A stretch of 58,784 nucleotides of DNA, the filler included, from Sphacelaria rigidula (taxonomy: Eukaryota), in assembly GCA_964200075.2 (NCBI GenBank). It is 6 parts of 6 records of this genome, joined end to end, with 100 filler letters (N's around TTAATTAATTAA, not from the genome) between each part and the next. Parts side by side here need not be neighbours in the genome. Positions count along the whole stretch, not along the records: positions 29,444 to 39,157 come from CAXNAA020007910.1; positions 39,258 to 48,971 come from CAXNAA020007911.1; 4 more parts are not named here. One strand, given 5' to 3'. The position numbers were made by a program, and so were the translations under genes. Below the pieces are notes generated by a model that was not told the DNA's origin, searched no databases, and saw only the letters and a program-made list of their open reading frames with translations. Positions 35,901 to 48,899 of this stretch are shown one piece after another. Position 1 is the stretch's first letter; every line of letters begins with the position of its first letter.

Positions 35901-37714
35901 GCATTATGCATTCATTACTTCTCGACCAGCCTGCCTACCCCAGGCCATGTCGAGGGGAGCGCCCCAGCCCAACCATTGTTTCCGTTTTCACGTCATGGTT
36001 TCAACCATGTCAGTTTTACCCTGGACGAGTCCGTAGTCTGGAGAGATCAATCAATCTCTCAGCTACTTGTAGTCGGGGAAGTGTCAATAAACGCCGTGGT
36101 CGCAGTGGATCCATTCAGCACATGGTTTTTATGGCTTATTCAAATATCTTAGGACCCCGACTCCGGCTACCTTTGCCCCCTCACTGTGTTGGTCACTTTT
36201 TCGAGAGGTTCCTTTAGTAATGAGTGCTTCCAGGTTGGGATAGACGTTGGGTCCGTATCTTTTATCTTGTGAGCACGGCCGTATTTACAGCAGAATCGGT
36301 GTCCTGTGAAACAGCCAATCCCTCGAAAACAACTACGGCATCAAAATTGCTTTGTCAACAACGGAATCGCTTGTAGTCGTCTGTTTATGCACTGTGAAGT
36401 GGATGTTTCTGTATTTGTCGCAACACTTCCACCATTGTGTGTATTTTGAGGATAACACTAATTGAGTAGACATGGAACATGACACTTGCGTCACAAAAGA
36501 CGTTGCTGATGGTGCATACATGGACTTGACATGACCAGACCACAGCAGTCAAGGGGTTGACTCTCGGTGCGTCCCCCCCCCCCCCTCCTTTCGGGGTTTT
36601 CCCGCTGATCGCAGCTGGCGGATGGGTTCAACGGGGCGGATCTCAGGAATGTAGGCACGGAGGCTGGGCTGTTCGCCATCAGGGCGGATCGAGATTACGT
36701 TCTAGAGGTGGGAATTGCTTCGTTTCTTCGAGGTGGTGGCTTGTTGAGTGTTTCCGTCCTTTTCCTTGCTGCCATCTCACGGCTGACCCCCGATGTTGCT
36801 AAGTGCTGCACAGACAAGTGTGTGATAGCTCACCCTTTCAATAGGGTAAACGTTGTCGCCATACCCCGCTGGTCAATGCGGAACATCGAGACGAGTCTCG
36901 GCGGATCATGTGAGTTCGAATCCCGACAGCAGGGGGTCGTTTTCAGGCGTTTTGTTGACAGCAGACAAAGTCCCGAAAATACGTCTCTACGCGGAGACAC
37001 CTGATGTGCCTGGATGTCATCGGTAATACGTCTTTTGCTGGAGAACTCAGCTTTGGTTTGGAAGCTCCGTGTTTGGTTTTGCTCCGTACCGTCGTGTTCC
37101 GCCCCGTGCCTGTATATATCTAAACTTGCGAAATCCACCGCCTAGGGCAAGGAAGAACGCGATCTTGACGCTGTCTTTGGGTGCTGTGACCACGCTACCG
37201 AAAATTGTTTTGCATATAAAAATAATTGCTCGAGATCCATCGGCCACCGGAATTTCTGGCAGTACGGGGCTGTATTTCAGGGGATTTTGACGCCTCTTTT
37301 TTGTCGCCCTTGTCGATTAGCTCTGCATGCACCACTTACGGTCACCTGCCGTTGCAGACCGACTGCATGAAGACTGTGCGGAACATACAGCGGGAAACAA
37401 AACAACTACATGTGATGACACATTAGTCCTTGTACTTGATTCGTCAAAGCTGTGTTGGTCTGAAATGATTAGCGACTGCTTTTTTTTGGTAAGATTCGTT
37501 CAGTGGCTGTATTCTGTGGTGTTTCTTGTCCCAGATATATAAAAAAACATGTTTTCTTTCCTGTAATGTAATGACATCCGCTTTCTCGTGCTTAATGTCC
37601 GCTGACCGCATCGTACCGTACCGTGTGCTTCTCCAGGAGGACTTTATGAAGGCTGTTCGAAAGATTGCCGAGAATAAAAAACTGGAAGGCAAGGTGGAAT
37701 ACGCCAAGGTATAA
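30772..37714 (+). CDS. RPT4: 26S proteasome regulatory AAA-ATPase subunit RPT4 (PSMC6/10B), 3' half
   Basis: Exons 30772-30849, 31835-31917, 33647-33741, 34888-35039, 36615-36707 and 37637-37714 splice in phase to [70 protein letters not shown]...[28 protein letters not shown]...[25 protein letters not shown]. This includes Walker B, the second region of homology and RPT4-diagnostic [19 protein letters not shown]. The 5' exons are not on this contig. Confidence 0.95.
32713..32732 (+). mobile_element. Solitary Stowaway-like TIR in an RPT4 intron
   Basis: TA|CTTCCTCCGTCCCATAAGT matches the terminus of the 56305 element. The partner end was not found; a poly-G/N region follows. Confidence 0.5.
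36864..36936 (+). other. tRNA-like sequence (pseudo-tRNA or SINE head) in an RPT4 intron
   Basis: An A-box-like TGGTCAATGCGG, a B-box GTTCGAATCC (36914-36923) and partially complementary ends CCCCGC / GCAGGGG within about 73 nt. There is no convincing anticodon stem. Confidence 0.4.
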
Positions 37715-38959
37715 GGCATCAAGTCGTGATCCAACGCTACCGAAAAAGGGCAATGAGCGGGCCGTACAACGTCATCCCCATACATCGAGGGCTGAGGCGA
37801 TCGAACTAGAATGCCCGGAAAGCGGCGAAACACAGTGACTACGAACGGAACATCATAGTTTGGAGGAGGAACACGTCGTGGAATACTCTGTAGTTCAAAC
37901 CGTATGTTTCGTTCGAATTTTCCGAGGGAAGATACAAGAGGACTGCGGCGCACTTGTTGAATCCGTGGCCGAACGAACAAGCGCCTAATGGTACGCGTGA
38001 TTCGTGTTGTTTTTGTGGGCTGCATCTCGCAACACCGAAAGGGGGTAGGTTTTTACCACAGAGTAGTGTCGGCGGCTCTGATTTGTTTGCTTGCGTGGGC
38101 TTGGTTGAGCCGTTTTTCTTGGCACCTATGACGTGATACCTGCTGTCCAAACGACATATGGTTGGGGGGCTCGAAGGGACGCAGGGGGGGAGGGCGCATG
38201 TTTCTCGACAAATTGACGTTTGCGTTGGGTCTTCGAAACGACTGCTGTGGGTCCCGGTTGTTTCCGCAGGGGTGAGTGCTGATTTCCCGATCGGCCCGTT
38301 GTTTTCCTTGAGCTAAGGCATGGAGCTTGAGGGGCCGAAATATATGGTCGAAGCTTGTTATATGACGAAATTGGGAGAGATTTAGTGAGGAAAACCGCGG
38401 GGGCTGAGCGGATCTAGGACAGGTATCAAACTATAACGGGGTTCTTTTTTATTGCCAAGTCGGTTTTCCCTATTTTACAATGGTTGACCCGGTCATGTGC
38501 AAATTGCACACGCCCACGTCACGCTGGCCTTGCTCCCCCATCTCTCCGCAATCCCTCCGGTTTGCTCTCGCTGATTCGAACCGCCGGCAATATCCCAATC
38601 CAGCATTGGCAAAGCATGAGGGAATATGGGCATGTATTGGAAAACATGGGGTGCTCATGTGTTCTTGGTTGGTCCCCGCACTGTGCTGAAATCGTGATAT
38701 TTTGCTCACAAGCCCGAACGTCCCGGAGGACTACCTGTCTACCATGTTGTGATGGTTGGTTTGAGATGGAGCCGTTTGCTGCATGCGAAGGACGGGTTCA
38801 TATGAAGAGGTTGAATTGATGCCGGGCAAGCGACTGTCGCCGTGATCGGTGAAGACGCTCAGTTGCTGATTAACGGAGAATGCCTGGAGGGCCTGCGGTG
38901 GTGCACGGGCTGATGCTCTTGGAACTCGTCAAGAGGTCAAACAGAGCAATGCTACGGTA

Positions 38960-39088
38960 TAGGGGTGCACTTTTTGCGCAGAATGTTGTTTGGTTCAGGG
39001 GCTCCTAACGATTCTAGATGCACAAGAATATGGGTCAGGACATTCCCGTTTGCAAATTCATTCGGGATATCCCTAGCACATTGGAATA
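38960..39088 (+). repeat. Short interspersed repeat; uninterrupted paralog of the gypsy insertion site
   Basis: Aligns to 23753-23859 joined to 26758-26778 (TAGGGGTG...TGGTTCAGGGGCTCCTAACGATT...TTCGGG(A/C)TATCCCTAGCA.ATTGGAATA). Confidence 0.85.
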
Positions 39089-39740
39089 CAGTAGTCAGCG
39101 TCAGGAGTATGCAGAATCCGTAATTTCTTAGTTTCTCAAAGATTGTCCAAATTTGTTNNNNNNNNNNNNNNNNNNNNNNNNNNNNNNNNNNNNNNNNNNN
39201 NTTAATTAATTAANNNNNNNNNNNNNNNNNNNNNNNNNNNNNNNNNNNNNNNNNNNNATTTTAATCCTCCGGGTTCTCATCCTCAATCAAAAGCACCATC
39301 CTCAACATCGATGATTGGCTGTTTTTTTGTGTTACCATTTGTATGCCTTTTTCTTGTTCACGAATGCGGGTCTGATGAGGCAATGATGGACTGATGGGTT
39401 TGTGGGCTGATGTGATCATGAAAAAACATGTCCTCTCGCTGATAGCGGCAGCATTGGTAGAGTAATGATGGGCAGTGCTGGGCAGCGAAGCATGCAATTC
39501 GTGATTTTGGCTAGAGCCCATTGCAGTTTCATTCCAAAGGACTAAAGCTTAACGAACTTGAAACTGGTAAGGGTGGCGGAGTGCGAGAGAACCGACTGTA
39601 CCAACGCTTCAATTTGAATTTTCAGAGGCTGTCGTTCCAGCCGCAAAGAGGAGAGAGGTGGCGCGCAAAGTGGCGTGTACTGTGGCGTACTTTCCTGTAC
39701 CGAACTGTGCTGTACTCTGGAGCTGTAGTTAGGTGGGCCC

Positions 39741-42700
39741 ATGTCGGAAAATGAGCTCCTGGACAGGGTGGTGGACCTGGTCAACAATGCTAAGGTCGAA
39801 ACCAAGGAGCAAAAACTATACCTCCTCGCGCAGGTAAGTTCACATCTGGTCCATGTACAGTGCAACAGTTACAGTCAGCATCACCGACCGTCGGCGCTGG
39901 CCATTGCAATGCACTTGTAGCCAGCGCATGACTACGCCCGCTCAGTACTCGCTAGATACTCTGCCTTCATATACAGCTGTCGGGTTCTATTCACTTTGCT
40001 GTGCCATTTGTGCTCGCTCTGCTTGCAGCTACCCAAATTTGTAGTTTGTCGAGAAGTTGTTCCGAAATGACATTATTTACGGTTGGTTGATGTAAGTACT
40101 ACTGTATCGGGATCATCGCTGTTCGTCGATGGATTGATTGTCACACTTCAACAGACGCCCCAGGGATCCAGCCGTGGTCACATCATCGACGTACCCGGGA
40201 CAAAACAAAATTGAAACACTCGCTGAAGAAAATCGTTGTGGCTGTGCAATACAGAGAGTAGAGCGGGTACACGTTAATTCGTCCCTACAAATAATCTATT
40301 GCTGGTGATATTTCCTTGTTTCGGGATATATTTGTGAGGCCTCGCAGCCTGCTGGCCAAGTCGGGTCATAGTTGGTCGACTGCGGTTGTTGCTCGAACGC
40401 TAGGCGAAGATCTCTAGGACGGAGCTAGCTGCGATTGCTCAATCAGCCGTCAAGAAAGGGAGCGAGCTATGGTCTCGATCGAGCCGCATAGCCTGACTTC
40501 TGTACAGCTTTAGACCTGACTTATGCAGCATTGCCGCACTGCACTGCGCTGTACTGTACTGTACTGTACTGTGACCAAGCCGCACGTGGTTGGCAGGATG
40601 TTTGAGAGCTGTTCAATGGCAACGTAGGCCTGATGAAGCAAGTATCCACCTTGTCGGTCTTTTGAGACGAATTCCGTTATCACCTCGGCGATAAACATCG
40701 CCGGCTGACATAGTTCAGGTATAGCGTGCCTGAGAACTAGGTGAAAGTTTTACAAGGCACGGAAATTAGTTCAGCGCACGCCACGAATAATTTCTCGTCG
40801 ACGCTGTCGCGGGATTACAACCGCATCGGGACCTACCGGGTTTTCGAGGTTGGCATCCCGCCGACACATGACCACTAACAGAAGCGAGCTTGCATGATGA
40901 CAAATGTTGAATCATGGCCCATTTTTGCTGTGGACAGGTGAAGGAGATCTGCATAAACCGTGCCCCCTCTCTGCTGCCGGAAGTCATACCCATGATGGCA
41001 GAATTTCAGGTGCGACATGTACAGCACACGCTCAGTTCAGTGAAGGGTGCCTCTCTGCGGGTACCGAGTTGATCGTGTAAAGACTGATAACCAAGCGGCA
41101 TGGCATACCGGAAAACCGACGCTTGGATTGAGATATCCAGTATTATCGCCCCCCACGCCTGAACAGGAGGGTGTGGTTTCGACATGAGGCGCACAACCAT
41201 GAGTGTTGAGCAAGACTCTTTATATGCGTACTGCGTCAAACACAGCTCTAATGGCTCCTGGTGGCTGAAAAGGCTAATGCGTCTCATAAGCGTGTGTGTG
41301 GAAATCACTGTTGTTGCATAACCTTGTACAACGCTACCCGTGGAACTGTAAACTTACAGTATTGCGTTCATGCCTGATACGTCCATCCCTTCTTACCCCA
41401 CCGGTGTTTTTCCGCCGGGTATCTGCGTCGCTTGTTTCGTTTTGTTTTGGCGGGGGGGGGGGGGGCGGCGGGTGGTTGTTTTGTTCGATCGCTTCGCCCC
41501 AGACGGACTTCAACGTCAATACCCGCAAGCAGGTGGCAGCCTTTATGCGGGATGTCGTGCGAACGCATCCCGAGCACGTGGCATTGGTCGTTCCCGTGGC
41601 GTCGTACCTTGTGCACGACAGGAACACCCACGTAAAAAAAGTGAGATGGACTTTTTGGCGACCCTCGTAGGCTGGTATACTCTACAGTATTGGAAATACT
41701 ATTGCCGTTCGTGATAGCAGTCTTGTACCGTTCAGTCGGCACGTGATTGAATTAAAAAATATATATAATACTGTAGCTATGCTGATTGACATTTCCATGA
41801 ATTCATCATTTTACTGTAGACCTAGCTCTCCGTATCCACTTGGGTCGATACCTGTTTCCCTCCCTCCCCCCCCTGCCACTCACTCGCTCGTGGATGCACC
41901 GAGGTGGCTGTCCTTCTGGCGAATACTTGCTATCGTCCCGCACTGCTGCGCTTGGTGCGTGATGGGAAAGCTGCAGACGCTCAGAAAGACTGGTCTGCGC
42001 TGGAGGGGCTGAGGTTCGTGTCTTTCGAACAATACTCGCAAATCGCGATACACAGTAGAACACCACGATCAACTCATGCCATATCTACACTGAAGCTCAT
42101 GGGCCATTCACAGCACACAAGTATTTACCGTAAGAAGGGAGGTGATGAATATCTTACTCAATCTAGAGGAATGACGCTTGAAAACTTTGGCAAATAACGG
42201 AATGTATCCACGCACGAGACGTTCGCTGCGTTCACACAGCGCACAGCGCAACTCGGTAACAGCAGTTTCTTTTTCTCTTGGTCTGTCTCATGCTATCTAC
42301 ACTCGCTATAAAACGGATGGACCGAATATTTCACCCGAGCTTTCTGGCTTATTGCCTCGCGTACTCTCTCGGTGGTGTGCTTTTGCCTCTTGACTGGCAG
42401 AAAACAAGTCCTCCAGACCATCACCACGGGTCCACCGGAGATATCAATGGTGGCGATTAAGTTCGCCGAGAGCGTCGTCCTCGCGTGCGTTGGCGGCAAA
42501 GGCCTGGGGCCGGGAGCCTCTCGAGAGGGGGACAAGTCCGTCCAGCGGGAACTTAGCCGGTCCCACCCTTTCCTCCGGGCGGATACCCTTGACCAAGCTG
42601 GTCACGCCCTCGCAAGACAGATGATCGGCTGGTTAAGTAGCGGCGGCGGGGGGGGGGGAAAGGCGTCGTCTACCGGGTCGGGCTCATCATTATTTGGAAC

Positions 42701-45700
42701 ACAGCACTACACGATTTTGATTAACGCGCTACAGAGCCTGGCTACCAACAGGGCAGCTTTGTATTCCGATGTCGTTCCCGCGCTTGGATCTGCTTTAGAG
42801 AGCATCAACGCGAAAGATAAGGGCGTCGTCGGTAGCGGCAATGGAAAGGGTGGAAAAGCGGCGGGGGCGGCAGCGGGTAATGTGACCGTGCCGAAGGGGC
42901 TGCGAGAAGCGGCGAGCTCACTTAGGAGCGCTTGTCTCAAGTTGCTCAAGGTTTCACCAGGACCGAGCAAGTCTGTCCAGCGGATGGCAGAGGCGGCGGC
43001 ATTGGCGGGGATGGACGGGGAGGCTGCTGCGGCTGTCGAGGGAAATCAGACGCTCAGGGGGCGCATTCGGCTTCCAAGTCTCAACTCCGCACCTGCCGTC
43101 CCGCCCGCACGAGGGGCGAAAGTAAAAGTAGAGAGTTCATCACCATCACCATCATCATCATCATCACCATCACAACCATCATCATCATCACCTTCACCAC
43201 CACCAACACCAGGTTTGTGTGAGACCGGTCGATAAGGCTGTTCGGCACATGTTGATCTTGCTCCTTTCGCTGGTGTACATCTGTCTAGACTGAACATAAT
43301 ACATGGCTCATGTGGCGCTCTAGGAGAACAAGTCGTGGAGGTGAACGTCCGTGAACAACGACCTCGCTTGTAACTTCCTAGATAACAGTAGGGATTCGTG
43401 AGTTTGGAGTTCTTGTCGGACGGTTGTGTCAATAACGCTTGTCGTCCCCTCGCGTATCACCCAAAGGCTGCAAAGTATGCTCACATCGATTCCACCAGTG
43501 CCTCGTCCTTCGTACACTCATGCCCCTTCCCGCACTGTGCCCATGATCTTTCCACATTGTTCTACATCGCTGCGCATTCTCCCCACCCACACGCTCATCT
43601 CTCCCACCCCTCCTCCTGCCAAACTTCTCGCCTCATCGCTGCGAAACATCCCTGGGGTTACCCTTGGCTCCGGCACTCCTATATGCATGCCCTCGTTGAA
43701 TGTATGGCTCCTCCAGCGGCGCGCAAGGTCTTGGTGCTCACAGCCGAAGATCGCTGTACCTACGCAAATCTTGCCGTTCGCACATCCCAAGGAAATATCC
43801 CCAAACCCCCGCCCGGGTACAAACTGAAACGCACCAAGGGCTTTCCATTAGAGAGCTTGGATATGCTATTTGGACACGTACTGAATGCCTTAGGACCGGA
43901 GCTTGCCACGGCGATACCCGCGCTGCCTGCGGCAGCAGCAGGCGAGGATAGTGGCGAAACAGGAGGATCGTCAGGGAGCAAGCGAGCTAGGAGTCCGGGA
44001 GTGGATGAAAGTGGGAGCAATAAAAGAGGCTTGGGGAACGACGGAAAGAGAACAGGGGGCGATACAGGAGGATCGGCAGGGAGCAAGCGAGCCAGGAGTC
44101 CGGGAGTGGAGGAAAGTGGGGGCAATAAAAGAGGCTTGGGTAATGACGGAAAGAGAACGGGGAGCAATACTAGCGGTAGCGGAAGTAGCAGTAGCGGGAC
44201 GCAAGGAGGAGAGGCGGATGGCGATGGTGACGCTAGCGGTAGACGGCCGCCTATGGAAGTGGTGGACGACGGTCGTATACGTAGGAAAGAAGGGCTCGAG
44301 TCGGCCAGGAAGGCCTTTTCCCGAGTGCTGGGGATGTGGGAGGGAGTGGCGACGGAGGGAAAGAGGGGTTTACATCAGAGGGTGGTGGCGCGGCTGGGCA
44401 GGATGCTGACGGAGGCGGACGCTGCGGAGAAGGCGGAGGCGAGGGGTCAGGGGAGACGCACGGGGAGTAAGGATTCGACGTTGGAATCGGGAGAATCGAC
44501 CGAGTTTGCTGTGAGTGTAGGGTGGTACGCCAGCAAGTTTTTTTTGTGGCCGCGCGCGGGCGTGTGTGTGTTCACGGTATCATACGTACTGTTCTAGTAT
44601 GGTGGCGTGTTCTGGGCAGTGGGGTGGCCTTTGGTCTGCACCCACCATAAAATCACGATGCTGGAATCGTTCGCGGCCGCCTCAGTTGCGGTGGAAAGCT
44701 GTCGTTTCGTGCGTGGTACTTGATCATCTGATGTTGCTGGTATTAGTGTGCAAGTAGGGATGCACCGGAGGACTTCTTACGAGATTTTTAAGGCGATGCT
44801 GGTGATTATGCGTTGTGCCTCGTGCTGCTGCACGTGGTGAATCTGGTACAATCCTTCGCACTTCATTGGGGGGTGTACGAAAGAAGGTATACCCTGTGTT
44901 TTTACAAACAAAATAGGGTAGTGTACTTTTTGGTTTGGGCACGACGCTGCGCGCGTGAGCACCTCGAAAACAAGTTCCAGCGCTGCAGCCCCACGCCCAA
45001 GGTGCCTGGGCAGCATGCCCAACGTTATTTTATTACACATGGCACCTGGCCTAACTGCGGCGCGGAAAGGGAAAGCATGCTAGAGCACCCTTTTATGCCA
45101 ACAAATACTTGATTTGAATGTAGATAGCGAAATTCGTAGCGTTAGTCGGACTGACACTGTCGAATGCTTCCTACAGTCCGCAGTACGTGTTTTGGTCGAA
45201 ACTGGTGCCATGGGCGCCGATTTGAGGTTTGCCAACGCACACACTCCGAGCACGGCACTCTCTGCATCCCCCTTGCCCGAGAGTTCTCGGTATGCCTTGG
45301 GTTGCTGTTGTCAGCAGGATAGACGGCATGCGCACAGCGTGAATGGGGTTGCAAAACACATGTACGACGATATAGTCGAGTTTGCACCGTTTACACGACG
45401 CGATACCACGTGCGATTATAAGCAGATTTTATTCTGTGCCCACGTTCTTGAACCCATGCATAACGTACCATCACTTACGAGATACTCTACGAAGCGGATG
45501 ATGTGTACCAGCAGCCACCCATGTATCTTTTTTTTTGTAGGGGGTGGACCGAAGTGAGTAATATGCAATTTGATGAAGGGCCGACGCCGCTGCCGCCTTC
45601 CTGCATAACCCGTTTGTGGGGGCACTGTTTTTGTTCACTTTTCTCCAGCGAATGTTTCCGTTTTGTTTTTATTTCGGATACGTCCATCATGTGACCACAG

Positions 45701-48432
45701 CTGAATCCGTGGGGGATCAATTAAGGTGCGACCATAAGTCGAATCAATCAAGTGACATCATTCCACTGGACTGTGGCGTGTTGTGCTTTGGTCCTCTCGA
45801 GAATCTGATTTCTTTTTATATTATATTGCCTCGTCGATGTGTGTGTGTGTGCGTTGTCATCCTATCTATTCTGGACGTCAGTCTACGCCTTTCGGTATAT
45901 GTGGGCGCATCGGCCGGGATCGCAGTAGCACATCCGATCATGAGTAATCCTATTTGTACGGTCCTGCAATCCGGTTGGTAACGTCTCGCCCCGATCCGCA
46001 AATCGCAGATACCGTAACGCTCTGATCTTCCACATGGTGACGTCACATGATGATGTTCGGGGGTGTGTATGCTGCAAAACTTTTCATACATGTCTGGATA
46101 TTTGTGATCTCCCACACGCAAGCGTTCGCGGCCTCTATATGCACCGTCGGATCTTTGGGGTCTACGGGGCAACCAACAGCGGGCTACAATTTCTTGGTTG
46201 TTACGTTTCAGCTTTTTTTGGCGACGTGTAATTTGACAAAAGCAGGGCATGCTTGTGACTGTCCGGCGTATCTTGTGCGGAGCCCGCGGTATGGTCACTA
46301 CCGAACAAAAAAGGGTACGCAGGTGAACAAAGAAGTGTATTACATAACTTTCTAGCTGAGAGTCGGGTGTACCCCGTTGGTTTATTGACAAAAAAGGATG
46401 CTCCAACAGGATCTCCCATTCCGCGCTGTAGTGAGGCCTAGTGCGATGTGTAATACACTGAGGGTTGTGTATGCTGCCCAGCCACCTTGGGCGTGGGGCT
46501 GAGGCGCTGGAGCTTGTGTTCAAGTTGCTCAGCTCGCGTGCAACTTCGTGCCCCAAACCGAAGAGTGCCCCACCTTGTTTTGATTTAAAAAAAACAGAAG
46601 GCATACCTTTATTCGTATACTCCCCTGTTTGACTCCCTGCCCATAATCATCCAATCATATCGAGATTGATAGTTTGTGGGTTAACGTGCCCACCGCGACT
46701 TTTTTCAACGGTTTCCATTGACCCGACGGTTGTGCGTCACGTCGCATGTCTCATGCTTCCACCAGTTCATTTTCCACACCACTCTGTATGCGGTCTTTAC
46801 CGGCCAGTACACACACAGCAAGATTCGACGTAATGGTCGACGAGGGAAAGGAACTGCTCACCCCCTCTCGCGATATAAGATAAAGGCAAGCACCGCAGAA
46901 GGAAGGTGAAGAACCAATACAAACAAAAAACAAGAAAACTCCTGTGTTGACCTTCCTCCTATGTGACCCCGACTGGTGCTCCCGCATATACCGAACGGTG
47001 TAGACGGGCGTCCAGAATAGGTGGGACAACACACACACACACACACACATACAGCACACAGCATGCCGTAACGCTCGATAGTTTTGCCGCACATGGCGTC
47101 ATCCTCCGTGTAAACATAATGCAATTAGGCTGTCGCTACACTGAACTCCCCTCGAAACGTCGAGCATCGAACATCTCACTCCACTACTCGTCGGCCCCAA
47201 CTTGCGCACACAGGTTGTCGTTACCGAGGTGGTTACGTTCATGACGCAAGACTACAAGAAGCGTTTCCAGGCAACGCTTGCTCTCCTCACGGAGATGTAC
47301 GTGGCGGATGTAGCAGCGTCAGCCGCCGCCGCCGCCGCCGCCGCCGGCGTCGCGGTGACGGCTGCAGATTCGCCATCCCCTTCTCCCTCCAACCCCAAGA
47401 AGGACTCGAAACAGAAATCCACACACAAGGCAATAGCCAAGTCTAAGGGGGCAGCAGAGGAGGAGAGCGCGGCGCGGAAAGCGCGGGAGGGTCGAGGGTT
47501 CGAGTTGTACGACACGACGCTCGTGAGCCTCCTGAGCAAGCTATCGGAAAATTTGGAGGCGCCTTGGCGACAGAAGCTCTTCACGCAGACTCTGCTGGAG
47601 TGCCCCCGCGTACCCGTGGCGGCGCTGGAGCTGGTTTGCACCCTGTGTGACGTCGCTGCTAACGAGCACAACGTGCAGACGGGTGAGACAGGCGGAAAGG
47701 GGAGGGTATGCTCATGATCTTGCATGCCGTAGTCATATGACCATTGACCTCGCATTCCTACAAAGCCGGGACGTGGCACGCCTAGTTTTCGCAGGACCAG
47801 GCTCATCTAGGGCGGGTGTATCCATGATCTTGCATGCTGGGTTCATATGACCTTTGACCCCGCATCCCTACAAAGCCGGGACGTAGCACGCCGAGTTTTC
47901 GCCGGACCAGGTTCGCGAGGGGCGCGGGAGGTTGAGGCGTGCTGGATGATGTATCAAGTTAAATGCAGCAGGTAGCGTTGCTGTTTTACAAGTCAGTGGC
48001 AGCGAGGCCTGACCCGAAAAACGCCGCTTGCGCTGTCATGAGTGCACCTCCCTTGAATATTAGTTATGGATTTTGTGCACGGGCATACGCCCCTCAAAGT
48101 GGCCGGGCCGGTTTGAATGTCTTGCACTTGTGTATAGTATAATCCACGCAGCAACAGCATACTTCGGAGTATCAAACAACGTCCCTCCCTCCCCCCCCTT
48201 CATCGCCCCAACGCTCCTGTGTTCTCGTGGGAACTTGCTTGTGTCAGGTCTTGTCTCGCTGAAGGACTTGATTTTTCACAAGCCAGCCACCAGAAGCGTG
48301 TGCATCCCCAGCGTTTTGCGATTCACGTATCACTCCGTCGCCGACGTACGAACCAAGGCCGTTCGCCTCGCATCCAATCTCCTTTACCCGAACCAGGCCT
48401 TTCGGCCCACGGTGGAGGCGTTTGCGAAGCAG
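39741..48432 (+). CDS. SYMPK: Symplekin/Pta1 (pre-mRNA 3'-end processing scaffold), 5' partial gene
   Basis: Exons 39741-39833, 40938-41009, 41503-41640, 41904-42013, 42401-43212, 43717-44510, 47214-47682 and 48248-48432 are phase-consistent. The N-terminus MSENELLDRVVDLVNNAKVETKEQKLYLLAQVKEICINRAPSLLPEVIPMMAEFQTDFNVNTRKQVAAFM resembles the symplekin HEAT domain. KLFTQTLLECPRVP and GLVSLKDLIFHKP...DVRTKAVRL resemble the symplekin mid region. C-terminal exons are missing (contig ends 48971). Confidence 0.85.
46755..47050 (-). repeat. Interspersed SINE-like repeat family with (GT)n head (3 copies in window)
   Basis: The core GTCCCA.CTATTCTGGACGCC.GTCT.CACCG.TCGGTATATG.GGG.GCAC is shared with 12026-12110 (-) and 45836-45925 (+). 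Confidence 0.75.
47713..47924 (+). repeat. 110-bp tandem duplication in a symplekin intron
   Basis: CATGATCTTGCATGC...CCTACAAAGCCGGGACGT...GGACCAGG starts at both 47713 and 47823. Confidence 0.9.
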
Positions 48433-48863
48433 GTATGTTGTTGTTCCTGTAAGCGCCCGTTTCTTGTTGTTGTCTCGGGCAGGGGATGTTGTACCGTACA
48501 CTGGCTGTCGTGGGCTTCCTAGGGGTTCCGCACGACATTGTTCTAGCAGAGGTCTCGAGGTTGGCAGGGGGGACCCAAGCTGTCGAGGCTCGGGGCCACT
48601 TCAGGGGGGCCAAAACAAGGAGCGAAGAACAAAGTGGCGTCTAAAAGAATCATGTTGATTGGTCGCCGGGCGGGGTGATGTCGCGGTGACCAGTCGACAC
48701 GCTGCTTCTGGATGCTTGCTTGCTTCGCTTTCCTCCTCCCCCCCCTTTTTTAAACGTAATGAGCGCCGGAATGTTGAAGATGGCTCTATTAGGAGTAGGA
48801 ACGGTGCTCCGTCTCGAACGGGATGCGTGGTCAATGGTCAAACGACTAATGCAACAAATGAGT

Positions 48864-48899
<36 letters not shown>

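Noticed and set aside
37714..39741. RPT4-symplekin gene cluster, or the copia element lying in a symplekin intron
   Set aside because: They are separated by artificial spacers between size-sorted contigs, so adjacency is not evidence of linkage.
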